Shown here: positions 63,222 to 64,000 of the stretch, piece by piece
How the letters are laid out: each line of letters begins with the position of its first letter
How positions within the stretch are numbered: the stretch's first letter is position 1
Origin: Ranitomeya imitator
Taxonomy: Eukaryota
Direction: 5' to 3'
DNA: 64,000 nt
NCBI RefSeq assembly: GCF_032444005.1
Contig: NC_091282.1
Location: forward strand, 174,282,001 to 174,346,000
The notes under the pieces: model-generated
What the model was told of the DNA's origin: nothing
The model's database searches: none
The model's input: only the letters and a program-made list of their open reading frames with translations
Made by a program: the position numbers and the translations under genes

Positions 63222-64000
63222 AATGCCTAAAGATTTACCCCTTCAGGGCTAGAAAGTTCAATTTTTTTACATACTGGGCAGTGGGATCACCTAATAACTT
63301 CTTATATGTAACAACATCGTCTAAGAGCCTCGATGCTTCCATATGGTACATACTGCGATCCATGATCACTATGCTTCCCCCTTTATCAGCACCCCGAGAT
63401 TACTTGGGGCATATCTGGGATTCCCACCTTTCATTTTCCTAATGTCAGAAGTGACTAATGTTTGAAAACCATTAGAATATTCACTAATAGGTTTGAATGC
63501 GGAGGGTTTAGCTAATGTAAATATTCCCTAGAACTCTGATTTTGTGTACTTGCACCTGTCTGTTCTTTTATCAAAAAATATTTTTTAATAGCTAAGTTTC
63601 GGAGGAACTTTTTCATAAATACGTATAACATAAAGGGACTTGATTTCGATGTAGGGGCAAACTTTAAACCTTTTTGTAAGAGGGATTCCTCTTCCTTCGT
63701 TAATGTATGAGAACTGACATTAAAAATTTTTTGCCTAGATATTTCCTTATTTATTTTCGTTTTGGTGAGTTTCCTCCCTCCTCTCTTCCCACGTTTGGTT
63801 TTGCGCCTCGTACCTGAAAAAATTTTTGATACGTTTTAGAGGTACTTCTCTTCTTGGGGCCTAGCGTTCCTTTGTTGGAGAATCTATGGGGCTGGTTTTT
63901 TTTAGGGTTCCTATTTATGATACTATTTGTACCAAAACTTTCCTACTGTCCATTTACCTGTTGTACTCCGTGTACTAGGTCTAGTAATGCCCACTTCCTG

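Larger units (their letters stand above)
60535..64000 (-). mobile_element. Penelope-like retroelement (RT + GIY-YIG), decayed, runs off the window end
   Basis: RT and GIY-YIG fragments plus a downstream HHR remnant on the same strand. 3' boundary approximate. Confidence 0.88.

Overview
This is eukaryotic, vertebrate-type DNA, most consistent with a repeat-rich frog genome (inferred from the element families and CpG depletion). I found no intact host protein-coding gene, rRNA, tRNA or CRISPR array; the window is a mosaic of mostly decayed, often nested transposons. DNA transposons: a two-gene PIF/Harbinger (transposase C-terminus plus an intron-containing MADF gene), two non-autonomous Helitrons, two Tc1 copies, and many MITEs of hAT, PIF, piggyBac-like, Kolobok and pogo type, most with visible target-site duplications (TSDs). 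Retroelements: four Gypsy-type LTRs and a Gypsy pol fragment, a DIRS1 element, L1, L2 and Rex/Babar fragments, an ERV-like LTR element with a single 326-aa ORF and no pol, and a Penelope-like element (PLE; RT plus GIY-YIG). The main signal missing from the ORF track is RNA structure: five type I hammerhead-ribozyme (HHR) motifs. Three sit in short non-coding, TSD-flanked insertions of unrelated sequence (10752-11063, 13750-15436, 42333-42740), one lies downstream of the PLE endonuclease, and one is a weak remnant. I interpret these as a Penelope helper plus several retrozyme-like non-autonomous families. Boundaries marked approximate were read by eye.
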